Source of the DNA: Stegostoma tigrinum
Lineage: Eukaryota
Reading direction: 5' to 3'
DNA length: 64,000 nt
Assembly: GCF_030684315.1 (NCBI RefSeq)
Contig: NC_081361.1
Location: 17,473,861-17,537,860 of the forward strand
The translations under genes and the position numbers were made by a program. Below the pieces are notes generated by a model. It ran no database searches. It was not told the origin of the DNA and saw only the letters and a list, made by a program, of their open reading frames with translations. Positions 1-13,279 of this stretch are shown here, one piece after another; the stretch's first letter is position 1; every line of letters starts with the position of its first letter.

Positions 1-313
1 AGCATTCCTGTAGGTGATGTCAGCCACTAGGAGGCGCCCCCCACCCCACCTCCTGAACTTGAGAGATGGTGAAGTCGCGCCCCCGCAGCAGATTAGCCAG
101 GCCCAAGGAGCGACAGTCGTTACCCCACGACCAGATCAAAGGCCCACAGGTCCAGGCACCGGACCATTTCCCATACCTGCTGAGGTGCGGTATCCCGCAC
201 TCCTGCAGAAACAGGAGGTCCGCCTCGATGGTAGTCAGGTAGGCCAACGTGGACACACATCTTGCGGTGGACTTGACGCTGCGCACATTAATGCTCGCAA
301 CTCGTGCCCCCAT
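1..313 (-). pseudogene. Tx1 ORF2 N-terminus (AP-like endonuclease), frameshifted near 45
   Basis: ATG at 313: MGARVASINVRS...ADLLFLQEC (APE motifs SxNVR and LQE). After the frameshift it reads GRLLVADITYRNA. Confidence 0.85.
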
Positions 314-647
314 TGTGGGCAGTGACCGCAGTACCCTCCCCAAGTCCAAGGTCCAGCCCCTCCATCTGTCCCTTCATGCCCATTGCCCGGGCTAACTGCT
401 GCACGCTCTCCGGGCTCAGGAAACCGTCTGTGCTGCCTTCCGGGTGGCATCCCCCCCGTCAGGGGTGCGGAGGCAGGAGGGTCCGGCTCCGGGTCAGGCT
501 GTGGACGCACTGTTTCCTCCTTCCCGCCTGGAAGTTCCGGGGGGCCCTCCAGTGCTCCAGCGGCACTTGACTGGGTGTCGGAGGGAGCCTCAGGACGCCT
601 CCCGTCACCTGGAAGCGGGGTGCTGCTTTCCTTCCCCCTCGAGGCCT

Positions 648-1742
648 TTAACTTCTGCTTCGGGTGGGCCCTCTCCGAATCCTCCTCGTCAGAGAAGCTC
701 TTATAGCCCCCCTGTAGCTGCCTCTTCCCGCCTGATGGTTGCGGTTCCTGGGCCCGTCGACGCACCTTCCTCCTCGCTTTCCAGACTGTTGTCCACTCCC
801 CTGGGTTGCCTGTCGCCGCCTCCATTGGCTCCGGGTTGTCGGAGCCTGCAGGGGTGCTTTGCTGGCCTCGGGCCCATCCTGCAGGGCTGGGCCCTCCTGC
901 ACGGCCTGGCCCTCGTGCACATTAGTGGGGTCCTTGCTGGGCCCTGGTGCCTTCCTCTCCTCTGGGGGGGCTGGCCCCGCATTTCCCCTGCCGGCGACCT
1001 GGGCGTAGGTGGTACCCCGCCGCGGGCATGCCCTATAGAAATGGCCCGATTCCCCGCAAAGGTTGCAGCTTCTCTCTCGTGGGCAATCCTTTGCAAGGTG
1101 TCCCTCCTCCCTGCAGTTCCTGCAGATGGTGGCTTTGCAGTCGGCCACCATGTGACCTGACCTACCACAGGCATGGCAGATTTTAGGTTGCCCTGCATAG
1201 GTCAGGTAGCCCCTGCTCCCGCCGATCGCGAAGCTGGACGGTGGGTGTGCGACATCCCCGTCTGCGCCCATCCTCAGCATCACCTTGACCTGCCGCTTAC
1301 TCGTCCTGATGCCAAAGGGGTCCACGATGTCAGTTAGGTCCCCTTCCACCTTCACATACCTTCCGAGGAAGGTCAGGACATCAACTGCTGGCACATGCGG
1401 GTTGTACATGTGCACAGTCACCATACGGCTCCTCTGTGCTGGCATCACAAACAGTGGGACAGCGGTCAATACAGAGAGGGGGCCCTCACCTCTTTTCTCC
1501 TCTAAAACCTCCAGGAAGCGCTCGCAAAGCTTGGCACTCCTGAAGGTCACGTCATAAAAACCTCCTCTGGGGAAATCCTGCAGGCAGTAAATGTCCGCAG
1601 CAGCGAACCCACAACAGTCCAACAGGACCCTCTTCACGAAGAAGGTGCGGTCCACAGGTGCACCTTCATCCACCTTCTTCATGGAAATGCGGATGGTGTT
1701 CCGGACCCCCTGACCTGGGGCACGAGCACTTGCCGCAGCCAT
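648..1742 (-). pseudogene. Tx1 ORF1 (ZCCHC3-like zinc-knuckle nucleic-acid-binding protein), frameshifted near 835; the low-complexity C-terminus continues in the 235..825 frame
   Basis: ATG at 1742 (MAAASARAPGQGVRNTIRI). Knuckles CHACGRSGHMVADC, CRNCREEGHLAKDC and CNLCGESGHFYRAC. Confidence 0.8.
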
Positions 1743-1898
1743 CGTTGCAGGTTGGCTGCTCCCCTGAACCAGCATTAGGCCGAAGCCAGCATTAAGATCC
1801 ACTGGTCGCAAGGGTGCACAGCCAACCCGACGTCCTCCTTTCACCTCCAAGATAGCACTCTCGTCCTCTCGGTCCACAAGAGAGTGGGTCTTTATTGT

Positions 1899-2771
1899 GT
1901 TCGAGATGTAAGCTAGTTCACTGAGTTTGCCGGTTTGTTCCCAGATGTTTTGTCACCATTCTAGGTAACATCAACAGTGAGCCTCCGACAAAGTGCTGGT
2001 GTTATGTCCCGCTTTCTATTTATCTGTTTAGGTTTCCTTGGGTTGGTGATGTCATTTCCTCTTCTTTTTCTCAGAGGATGGTAGACTGGCTCCAAATCAA
2101 TGTGTTTGTTGATGGAGTTCCGGTTGGAATGCCATGCTTCTAGGAATTCTCATGTGTGTCTCTGTTTGGCTTGACCTAGGATGGATGTGTTGTCCCAGTC
2201 AAAATGGTGTCCTTCCTCATCTGTATGTAAGGATGCTAGTGATAGTGGACCCTATACAGACAACAAGCAAAACGAACATCATCTACAAAATACCTTGCAA
2301 GAACTGTGACAAACACTACATTGGACAAACAGGCAGAAAGCTAGCCACCAGGATACGTGAACATCAACTAGCCACAAAACGACATGACCCACTATCACTG
2401 GTATCCTTACATACAGATGAGGAAGGACATCACTTTGATTGGGACATCACATCCATCCTAGGACAAGCCAAACAGAGACACGCACGAGAATTCCTCGAAG
2501 CATGGCATTCCAACCGGAACTCCATCAACAAACACATTTTCTCAGAGGATAGTAGATTGATTCGGAGCCAAAGAACAGGAAATGACATTACCAACCCAAG
2601 GAAACCTAAACAGATAAACAGAAAGCAGGACATAACACCAGCGCTTTGTCGGAGGCTCACTGATGATACTACCTAGAATGGTGACGAAACGTCTAAAATC
2701 TAACCTTCCAGCTCAGCGAGCAAGCTCACATCCAGAACCTCAACCTGAGCTACAAATCTTCTCAAAACTCG
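1899..2771. mobile_element. Penelope-like element (Penelope/Poseidon-type GIY-YIG), 5'-truncated fold-back copy
   Basis: Plus arm encodes NIIYKIPCKNCDKHYIGQTGRKLATRIREH...REFLEAWHS...INKH. About 1899-2247 is the inverted copy of about 2388-2738. Confidence 0.9.
2656..2697 (+). ncRNA. Minimal type-I hammerhead ribozyme motif in the PLE 3' repeat (core intact, stem II partly mutated)
   Basis: CTGATGA (2660-2666), tACTACC-tagaat-GGTGAC, GAAA (2686-2689), CGTC. A mutated mirror copy lies at 1944-1977 on the minus strand (CTGTTGA-tGTTACC-tagaat-GGTGAC-AAAACATC). Confidence 0.65.
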
Positions 2772-3419
2772 AAAGCAGTTAACGCTTTGGGTCCAGTGTT
2801 TGAGGTTAATTGCATAGAATCATTTAGGGAGAAGCTATATGCGGACATGGGAAAGAAATGAATAGAAGGATATGTGAAGAGATTAGATGGAATAGGGTGG
2901 GAGAATCAGGCAAGAAGCCATAGGTTCTAGTACAGCTTCCTTTTTCAGGCCCACTGATTATTATGTAACTATTTTGAATTGTCTAATTATACAAAGCCCA
3001 ACAATTCTGTTTGTTCTGGAATTTCAATTTATTTGCACATAATTTGTGTGCGCAATTTTATGACAACTAAATCTAATTTCAAATAAAGATGACTGAACAT
3101 TGAGTTCATCAAACACACTGCACTGTATTAATTTTCATACTCTGTCATAAAAGAAATCATTTGAATATCTGAATATTTTAATTCATATCCGCTGACTTAA
3201 AGGGTGGTGAATGGCAGTCATTGGTCATTTGTAAGATTTAACCTTTGAAATTTGGTCAAATATTGGCAAGGAAATCTCTTTCTGATTTCCACCTACCATT
3301 CCTCTCAACAATACCTTAGCTGATAGAAAAATATTTTTCTGCATGAACACTAATTGGGGCAGGTATTGAGGGTTACAAGGATACAGAATGCACTCTGGGT
3401 GGAGCTCAGTATCACCACT

Positions 3420-5655
3420 ACTCATTGAGTTAAACCACTCAACAGCTGGACTACATCCACAACAAATGATGAGAGAACAAACAAAAGGAAAAAACCTTAC
3501 TTGGCTGCATCCTCACTAATGAACTTGTTGCAAATATGCCTATCCAAGACATTACTGGTAGGAATGGCTACCGCACAGTCCTGTGGAGACAATGTCTTAT
3601 TTTTGTATTGAGGATACATTGCATAATGTTATATGACACTAACACTGTGCTAGATTGACTTCGATGAGATCTAGCAGCTGAAAAACTGGTTTTATGGGCA
3701 ATCTATAGCAGAACTGTATTCAACCACAAGTTATTTCATAAACTGCCATATCCCCCACTCTAAAATAGTATCAAGTCAGGGGATCTACGCCACTTCAGTA
3801 AAGGGTGCTGGAAGGCATGCCAGAAAAGCACTGAATATGCCTAAAAATGAGATGTCAACCTGATGTAGCTACAACACAAGATTACATGCTTGCAAAACAA
3901 TCAAACTAACAAGTGATAGACATTGGTTGTGCATCCTATGGATGATATCGAAACTCTGCAGACTTCTGACATCCAGTCATTCATGGTATTGAACAATTAA
4001 ACAACCAAGAGATGGTTCCACAAATATCCCCATCTTCAATGGAGACGGAACCCAGCATTTCAATGCAAAATACAAGGGTAAAGCATTTGCGATCATCTTC
4101 AGCCAGAAGTGATGAGTGGATGATCCATTCTGATCTCCTGAGAAGGTCCTCTGTTTCACAGATGTCAGTCTTCATCCAATTTGATTCAAAAGATGTCAAG
4201 AAACAGCTTAATGCACTGGATGCTGCAAAAGTTAAAGGCCCTGACAACATTCTGACAATATGCTGAAGACATGCTTGAGAATTAGCTATGCCCCAGCTAA
4301 AGTGTTTCACAACAACTACAATAATGTAGAAAATTGTCCAGCTATATGCCGCCAACAAACAGGCAAATCCAACTCAGCCCATTATGGCTCTATTAGCCTA
4401 CTCTCAGTCATTATAGTGATGCAATGGGTCACTGTAAGTGTTACCACATGGTACTCGCTTAGCGATAACGTTCTCACTGACAGTCAGTTGAGTTCTGATA
4501 AGGCTACTCAGCTCCTGGCTTCATCACAATCTTGAACAAAAGTGTCGAATTCCAGAGATGAGGGAAAAGAGACTTTGTTTGATGTAGACAAAGTATGGCA
4601 CCAAATAGTCCTAGATAAACTGGATTCACGGGGAATCTGGCAAAAACTCTCCACTGGCTGGAGACATACCAGCCCAAAGGGAGATGGCTGTGGCTGTGGA
4701 GGTCAACCGTTTTAGTTACAGGATATCATTAGAGTTTCTCAAGGTAGATATTTTTAATTAACCCGTTCAGTTACATTATGAAACATGTCTCCAGCAGACT
4801 TCAACCAAACATTCTGGCCCAGAGGTAGGAATACGACCACTGCATGACAAAAATCCATTGTTTCTCAGGGTAATGTCCTAAACCAAACCAACATTCTCTA
4901 ATTTTCTTATTAGTTGAGCAGGTTTATGAGTCACATGCACTGCTCCAACTTCCAAAACCAGACGTGAGAGCAGCTGCGCATGCCGGGAGCGTTGGACTCA
5001 ATTGTCATCAGCTGCTTCCTTCCATTCCATTCTTTCCACCATAAAGGCCAGATGTGAGAATGTTTGGCTAATAATGGTACAAAGTTCAAAACCATTCACG
5101 AAACTACAGATAATTAAATAATCCATGTCCAGATGCAGTAAGGCCTAGACAACATCCATCATATCAAGTACCTTTTGGGCACTCAAATGTCAGGCTATGA
5201 CCATTCAATGTCATTACCATGGCTGAGTCCTCCGCTGCCAAAATTGAGGTTACCAATGACTAGAAACCGGATTTACCATCTAAATACTGTGCCTATAAAA
5301 GCAGGTCGTAGGCTAGAAATTCTGCAGCAAGTAAGTCACCTTGTCTCCCTAGTGCCTGACTGCTATCTGAAAGGCACAAGTCAGGAGTGTATAGAATACT
5401 GTCACATTGCCAAGATGAGTGCAGTTCTAACAATACTCGACATTTTTCATGAAAAAGCAGTCTGCTTGACCATTACCCCATCTAACACCTTCCAAATTTA
5501 CTCCCTCCACCAACCATGCACAGTGGCAAAAGTGTGTACTTGCTGGAAATAACCAAGGATCCTTCAATAGCACCTGCCAAACCTGCAACCACCACCACTT
5601 AGAAAGACAAGGGGAGCAAGTGAGTAGAAACACCACCACCTACAAATTCCCCGCC
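3420..5655 (+). mobile_element. Degenerate CR1/L2-group LINE ORF2 remnant; its 3' end resumes at about 6660-6845 after a nested CR1
   Basis: Translates in pieces to DVKKQLNALDAAKVKGPDNI, KSNSAHYGSISLLS and KAGRRLEIL (pre-RT and RT motifs). Confidence 0.7.
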
Positions 5656-5656
5656 A

Positions 5657-6655
5657 AGGGCAAATGCATGGTGATGCCTTTTGGGAGAACTATTGCAGGA
5701 GGGAAATGCGCAGTAAATGGCAAAACCCATGATAGTATCAAATACAGAGGATCTGGGCGTACACGTCCACAGTTAACTGAAAGTGGCAACAGAAGTGGAT
5801 ATTGTGGCCAAAAAGGCACATGACATTTATGAATTCATCAGTCGGGTTATCAAGGATAAAAATTAGCAAGTCATGTTGCAGCTGTATAGAACTTTAGGTA
5901 GGTGAGATTTTGAAAATTGTGCACAATTTCAGGAGCCACACTGCCAGAAGGATGTAGAGACTTTGGAGAGGGTACAGGAACTGTTTGCCAGGATGTGCCT
6001 GGTTTGGAGGGTATTAGCTGCAAGGAGAGATTACACAAACTTATTTGTTTCACTTGGATGAAAGGTGACATGATAGACGTTCACAAAATTATGGAAGGCA
6101 CAAATAATCAGAATCTTTTTTATTCCTTTATTTATTCACAGGATGACGGCATTGCTGGCTAGGCAGCATTTACTGCCCATCTCTAATAGCCTATTGCTGC
6201 AGTCTGGAGTCACATGCAGGCCAGACCAAGTAAGGACGGCAGCTTTCTTCCCTAAAAGGATATTAGTGAACCAGATGGGTTTTTCATGACAATCGACAAT
6301 GGATTCATCATCATCATTATATTCTTAATTCCAGGAATTTTCCCAGGGTAGAAACATCAATGACTAGGGGACAAAGGTATTAAATAAAAGGGGATAAATT
6401 TAAAGAAGATGTGAAAAGCAGTTTTTTTTTTGTTTTTACGTGGAGAGTGGCAAATGCCTGTAATGTGCTGCCAGACGTGGTGGTAGAGGCAGATACAATA
6501 GCAATATTTAAGAGGCATCTTAACAGATATATTAATAGGCACAGAATAGAGGAATACAGACAGCGTAAAGGCAAAAAGGTCTTCAGTTTAGAAAGGCATC
6601 ATGCATTGACATAGTCTTGGTGGGCCTAAGAGCCTGGTCCTGTGTTGTGCTGTCC
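5657..6655 (+). mobile_element. CR1-type LINE 3' fragment containing a nested SINE
   Basis: KCMVMPFGR and FTWRVANACNVLPDVVVEADTIAIFKRHLNRYI, which are CR1 ORF2 C-terminal motifs. Confidence 0.8.
6118..6335 (-). mobile_element. SINE fragment of the tRNA-headed family also at 21762, 32400 and 54440
   Basis: Shares the ggagtcacatg-aggccagacc...ttagtgaaccagatggg body with the other copies. Confidence 0.65.
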
Positions 6656-9600
6656 TTTAAGCCAGACACCATCCTGACTTGGAACTATACCACTGATCCT
6701 GAGTCAAACTCCTAGAACTCCATTCCCAACAGCACTGTGATTGCACCTACCCCAATGGACTGCAAAAGTTCAAGAAGGCATCATCAGCCTTTTAAGCAAT
6801 AAATGTTAGTCTAACCAATAACACACATATCCTATGAGTGAATATATATTTTTAAAAACTCAGCAGGTCCAAAGGGAGGATTGTTGGATGATTTGTCTCT
6901 ATATATTCAGCAAATAATATTCATTCATTCATTCATTCCCAGGAATGTTTTTACATACAATTTAAATAACATAGTACATTAATAATACTGTATTTTGATC
7001 AGCCATTTCACATAATGGTTGTGGATGAAAGCATTATTTGAGCGATTGCAATTCATGCCTCTTGATGTTTATATTGAGTCAACAGTAATTCTCATTTTTC
7101 AAAATTGCCTATTCAGTTTAATCTAGATCTGTGAGCAGCACACTTACCCCAAACCCCCTCAATATTCCATTAAACTCAATATTTCTGATGACTTAAACGA
7201 GAAAACTTTGAAATACCAAGTGGCAGGTCTAGACATTCTATCATAGGATCCCAAAGGGTCAATTCGATTTTAGACAAATCAAAGGTGATTACATCATGCC
7301 TTTGGAAGCAATTTGTCAATAAAATCAGGACTGAAATTCCTTCTTTGCTGCAATTCTACGTGACAGTCTGTCACAGCAATGCCCCCACACACTTGTCACT
7401 GACAGACAGGTTACAATTGTTATGTAAATACCCAGCTTCCTTTCACAGATATGATCCTGTCATTTTTATGCAACTCTAGAATTACTGGTGTCCGTTGTAA
7501 GCTATAAGATACTGGGTTCATACAAGTTGACAGACACCAAATGCACTGATCTATAATCAGCTTTCCTATCACGATTAAACCTCCAAATATCTGTTATGTT
7601 ATTAAAAGTTAGAACAATCCAACAGGGGACAGTAAAATTGATAACCATTGCTGGAGGCTGAATTTATCGAAGGCTCCCTTGCCATAATTTAAATATGTTA
7701 TTACAACAGTGATTAAACCTCAAAAGGTGCATTATTTGGTTTAAATCACTTTGAAGCAGCGAGAGGCCGCACAAGATACAATAGAAAGGCAAGTCTTTTC
7801 ATTTTTCAATAACTTTAACAGTAGAAATATTTTGATAATCAACAAAAGGTCACTGGACTAAAAATGTTAATTCTACTTTTCTCTCCAAAGATGCGACCCG
7901 ACCAGATCTTCTGAGCTTCCCCAGCACTTTGTTATTATTTCAAATCTCTAGAAACTGCAGTTTTTAACTTTTATTTTTATGTATACTTGTAAGTTCAAAT
8001 TTTGGGCATTAAACTCTTTAAATTATCAGCATGTACTGCTATGCCACACAGAACATGACTGTCTCTACTCACCAGTCTGTGCAGAAGATCCCTTGACCTT
8101 AGTCCGTCCAATATGTTCAACCTTAAGCTGATTGAAAGAATTTTGTTTCACTGAGTTTTATATTTCTCCAATTATACCTGGTTAAGTTATGCATAAATAC
8201 AAACAGTTTGACTACACAAACTCATTGATAACTTGAAAAACTTGGTGTCTTTGACAGGAAACGTGCAACAAGGCACGAAATAAAGCTCTCAATATATCTC
8301 AGATTTTCATATTTGTGCTTGTACTGTAGTAATAAGATAGCAACTATTAGCTTGTCTAAAAAACAGGAACTCCATTTTGAACTACTTATCTACGTGCAGT
8401 TTTCTCCTGTGATGCACATACAGGTGAATCAGAGATGATGTTCATTTTAAATTCAGTACATCATTAAGTCTCACATTAACAAGGAGTGGTGTAACAAATA
8501 ACATTTGAGAAAAAAAACTCTAAATCAGAGATGGTGTGGAAATTTTTATGTTCATTCTAGCACAGATCTTCATCTAATGTTACATTAAAATCTTTGTCAT
8601 TTATCTCAATTTGCTTTCATAATTGAAATGCATGCTAACTTGCATCCTGTGATTTAACAAATCAACTCAAATAACTTAAAAACTACTGGTGAATAGACAA
8701 AAAAAACCCCTATAATCAATGTGAGCTTTCAAATGATATGTCACTACATCAGTGTAAGTGAAATGGGAATTCTAAATGCACTCTCCATAATTTGTGAAAA
8801 GTGAAGTCACAAGTGAGATTTACACTAACAATACTCATGTCCTTTGTCACAACATTGCTTCACAAGAATAGGCTCTGCAGACATACGTAGAGTTCCAAAA
8901 ATCGTTTAAAAGTGTTGCGCATTTCAACTAAAGCTGTTCTTCACATGAGCATAAGCCTTCACTCAATATAATACCACTGTTACTATACCAGCTCAATTTC
9001 ACCTCTGGTCCAAGACTCTTAGCCACTCAATATAATCACAAAGGTTTAGCTGACAGGGACTAATTCTAACTTCTTAGTGTGACATTTGCAGATAGGCATT
9101 TCTATGTTTGGATAAAGAGAGAAACTGCAGGTCCAAGCAGTTAAGCGTACGATTCCATGCAGTTTATTCATAACAGAGCTGGCTAAAGCTTCGTGTGTGG
9201 ATTTCCTAGGATGGGTAGTTGTTATGATCACACCCGCTTGATCAAGTATTTTTTGTTGCAATCATTTATCAAAAAGATCACTAGTCAATGACCACCAGTA
9301 AGACTGGTTAACATACTTTCTCCTTCCAACTACCAATCCTGTTTGGAAGGTCGCTTTCCTGCAATTTCAGATGTTTAAATCCACTACTGAAAGTTGCAGT
9401 ATAAAGGAACAATCTGAATTGATGACTGGTAATATTTGAGAGGCTATCCTACCGAAGTGAGCTCCCTGCTAAAGCTAAACAACTAAATTCACTTTCCTTC
9501 CATTACATTTTTGTTTAAATTTGATACTAATTTTAATCCACTTCCCTTTTACATCAAACTAAACTACCTTAACTGCAAAGCTTGAAGAAAACAAACTGAA

Positions 9601-10749
9601 GTACACAATTGGCTCTCTTTCACAATATCACAAGCAGTGAAGTAAGAAATTATATTATTCAGGAATATATTCATCCTCAAGACCAAAGAAGGAATTGACT
9701 TTTTAAATGTACTAAAGCAATGGGATCAGTATTCAAAGATCAAGACAATGCTGATTTCTGTGCAATATGATAAAGCATATATATGCAAGAATGGATTCAG
9801 TGCGTAGGTCACCTAGATAGATTTTCTGCTAAATACTGCAGATTAAGCTAACTGCTAGACACTTTTCTTCTTATTTGTTGCTGGGGATGTGGGTTAGGGT
9901 TTTTAGATTAATCCAACAAATTTCTTGGTCATTTGTATTCTAGGACTATTATATATTGTGGGTTATGGGAAATGGGAAACTGCCGGTTTACCTCAAGAAA
10001 CACTGAACAAAGTTTATTTTAGTCCTTATTTTGGAAAAAAGAGAAAACAGTAGTATCTGGTCATCAAAATATCTCTCAGGTAAACACACATCAATGTTAT
10101 TTTTGTTTATGTATCTTAGAATACCAATTCCCAGTGCGCTATCAGTACCCTGAGCACACAGTTGAGATATCAAAATATCCAGAGGGTACATAACGTCTAT
10201 TAGGTGCTAGGCGCTAACATCTTGCCCAACTTTGCCTTTGTAAACAGAAATGCCGTGCGGAACAGATATGACTTTATTTCAATTATTTCACTGTGAATTA
10301 GCAAATTCCCAAATGTCAACAGGTCCTATTTAAATTGGAATCCCTCTTGTTTTTTTTTAAATCAAGTGTGGATACACTGCTGCAAGTCTGCAAGGAGTAC
10401 GCTCGGCAAAATTAAAACGAAGATAATCAGTGTTACAAGCCGCTGATGAAATTCCACACAAACAGTAGCTTAATCTGTATTTTGGCACCTGTACAGTACA
10501 ATGTACATCATCTAGCTAATGGCTGTATTGATTATTCAGGACACAAACACCTCTGAATTTGGTGCCAAAACTTGAATTCAGCTCCCTTCCATGGGGTTAG
10601 CCACAAAGGCTTTCAATTGCTGAAGTCTCAAACAAAAAACATTAAAGAAAAGAGGATTTTTTTGACTAATTGGAGCTCAGTAAGTCAAAAGGATATTGAC
10701 TCCCAAGACATTTAAACCCATTATCAAGTCTAGGAGAGCTATGCCATGT

Positions 10750-12350
10750 TCTTGACTATTTTCTGCACAACGTACATCATCTGCAAAACTGGAAATATTA
10801 CATTTCATCCCTACATCCAAATCATTAATAAATATTCTGAATTGTTGAGGCCAAGCACTGATCCTTGTGGTACCCCGCTAATCAAGGCCTGTCAATGCAA
10901 GAATAACCCATTTATTCCTCGTGTTTGCTGTCTGATAGCAAATTCTTAACCCTTGCCTGTACATTCCCACCTATTCCATATGCTTTAATTTTGTTAACCA
11001 ACCTTGTCAAAAACCTTCAGAAAATCCAAATATACCTCATGAACCAAGCATTCCAACATTTTTGTTGACAATATTCTCAAAAATCTCCAACAAGTCTGTC
11101 AAACACGATTTTCCATTCAAAAATCCATGTTGACTATGCCCAGTCAGATCAGTTTTATGTGTTTACTTATCACATCCTTTATGATAGATTCTATTTGTTT
11201 CCCTGCGCTGCTGCGAGGCTGATAGGTCTGCAGTTCCTTAGTTTTTGTTTTCCCTTGCTTCTTTATTAAATATTGAGGTGATTTATGCAAATATCCAATC
11301 TGCAGGAATCCTTCCTGAAAATGTGGAATTTTTGAAGATGACTAACAATGCATCAGCTATCTCCACAGTCACCTCCTTCAAAAGAACTATACAATCAGGT
11401 AGTAGTGATTTATCAACTTTTAACTCCATTAATTTTTCCAGTGCAACCTTCTTACTACCAATCTTGTACTTCAAGTTCTCATTTTCCCTAGCCATTTGGT
11501 TCTCTAATTCTGTCAGGTTCTCTAATTCTGTGAGATTCCCTATATATTCCTCGGTGAAAAGACACAGAGTAACCTTTTAGCTACTCTGCCATTTTTTCTT
11601 TTCTCCATTATAAATTCTCCTGACTCTGCTTTTAATGAACCCACATACATCTCAGCCAAACATTCCCATTTATGTACCTACAGAAGCTTTTACTGTTCAT
11701 TTTTATGCTTTTTGCTAGATTCATTTGTGTTCCATTCTTCCCTTCCTTATCAGTTTCTCACATTCTAAATATTTCCCATTCCTCGGGATTATTACTATTT
11801 CTGGGTAGTTCACTAAGTATTTACTTTTAACTTTGTACAATCCTTAACCTCTTGCTTCAGCCACGCCTGACTGACCTGGCTTGAGCTTTTATACCTTACA
11901 GGAATATATAGGTGTTCTGGACCATGTAAAAACTATCCACAGCTGATGCAAAGTCATGCCTTTTAGTTTATTTTCCCAATCCAGGTCAGCCAACTGGCAT
12001 CTCCTGCTTTCAAATTCCTCATTTTCAAATTAAATATGCTTGTTTCAATAAGATCACTGTTCATTCATATAAACTCCAACAGATACAGGCCCACTCTGTC
12101 CAACTTTGATAAAACAATCTCCTTATCCCAGGAATCACCTGTCTCTAACACAATTATATCTTTTCTTAAATAAGATGATCAAAACTGTACACCATACTCC
12201 AGATGTGGCCTTGCCAATGCCCTGTACAATGATAGTAAATACTCCCTGTTGTTGTATTTCAATTCCCATGCATTAAATGACAACATTCTATTTGCCTTTG
12301 CAATCACTTGCTGTACCTGAATTCTTACTTTTGAGTGTCACGTACCAGGC
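10750..12350 (-). mobile_element. Degenerate CR1 LINE fragments
   Basis: LEKLMELKVDKS...LKEVTVEIADALLVIFKNS...IPADW. Confidence 0.75.
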
Positions 12351-13279
12351 CTAGTTTAGAGGCACAGATATGGTAGGTCCCACCATTCAGGTAAAATATA
12401 CCCTCTCCAAGTTCATGACAAGCGTATTTGAATATCAGTGATATTCTCTAAGGCTTTCAAACAGCCCTGGATCATCTTAATCTGAAGTTATTCTTTGCTC
12501 ACTGCTGTTAGCCTTGACATATCATTTAATCAGATGGGTGTTTAGCCCAATGATCTCTTAACAAGCTGATGCTTGTCATCCAAAGTGATGTTATTCTTCT
12601 TGCTGAAAGCAGTTGGCTATAAAGTTAACTCTACCACCTAAAAAATGGGCAGCAATTGAATTATTGTAGACAGATATAGGCAGTGCTGGATAACCTACTG
12701 ACAAATGGCGCCTTACCTCCAATGCATGTCAACAACTCTGTCATGAAAGCTTTCCTCACCTATCTTGCCACTGCAAACAATATAGCTCTTTTCTGCTACA
12801 AGTATTCATCTCAGTATTTATCTACAAGCAATCACGGGGAGGACATTGCAGAAGGTATGGTTGAAAATGTTTAGACAAAGAAGAAATTTTCGAGGAAATG
12901 CATCATTCAACTTGACAGTAAGTGACAGCTTTGTTCCTAATAGCTTGAAATGCCAGTTAACAGTTTACAGAGAAAAATCAATCTTTGGTTGTGAAGTTAG
13001 TCACAATTTATTTAGCCCAATAAATTGGAATGGCTGGCATATCATATGCCACAGACTAGCCAATAGTTGTTAAACACAAAAATAGTAAGTGCTACAATTT
13101 AAACTTACTACCATGTTTATTTGTACCAAGTAGGGTCTGCCTTATCTGCATCAATATCAGAGTGTTGAGAAGTTCAAATACAAAATGACTCAATATGCAT
13201 TGTCCCACAGGCAGGTTTGGGACCTATCCATTTGTCGTAGGCAATTCTCCCAATCATTTATTAAATAACAGTTCAGCCT

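Larger units (their letters stand above)
1..1898 (-). mobile_element. 5' part of a Tx1-clade (L1-Tx1) non-LTR retrotransposon: 5'UTR, ORF1, start of ORF2; continues beyond the left edge
   Basis: GC-rich block with a gag-like ORF1 containing three CCHC knuckles, immediately followed by an APE endonuclease N-terminus. Frameshifts show a dead copy. Confidence 0.85.

Noticed and set aside
648-1877. Host ZCCHC3-like gene
   Set aside because: It is frameshifted and directly followed by an APE-type ORF2, so it is retrotransposon ORF1. The track's start at 1877 is a GTG; the likely ATG is at 1742.
1760-1900. U2 snRNA, tRNA or microsatellite target at the Tx1 5' junction
   Set aside because: gcttcggcct resembles the U2 5' end only over a few bases. 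No snRNA, tRNA or simple repeat is at the junction; the flank is PLE sequence.
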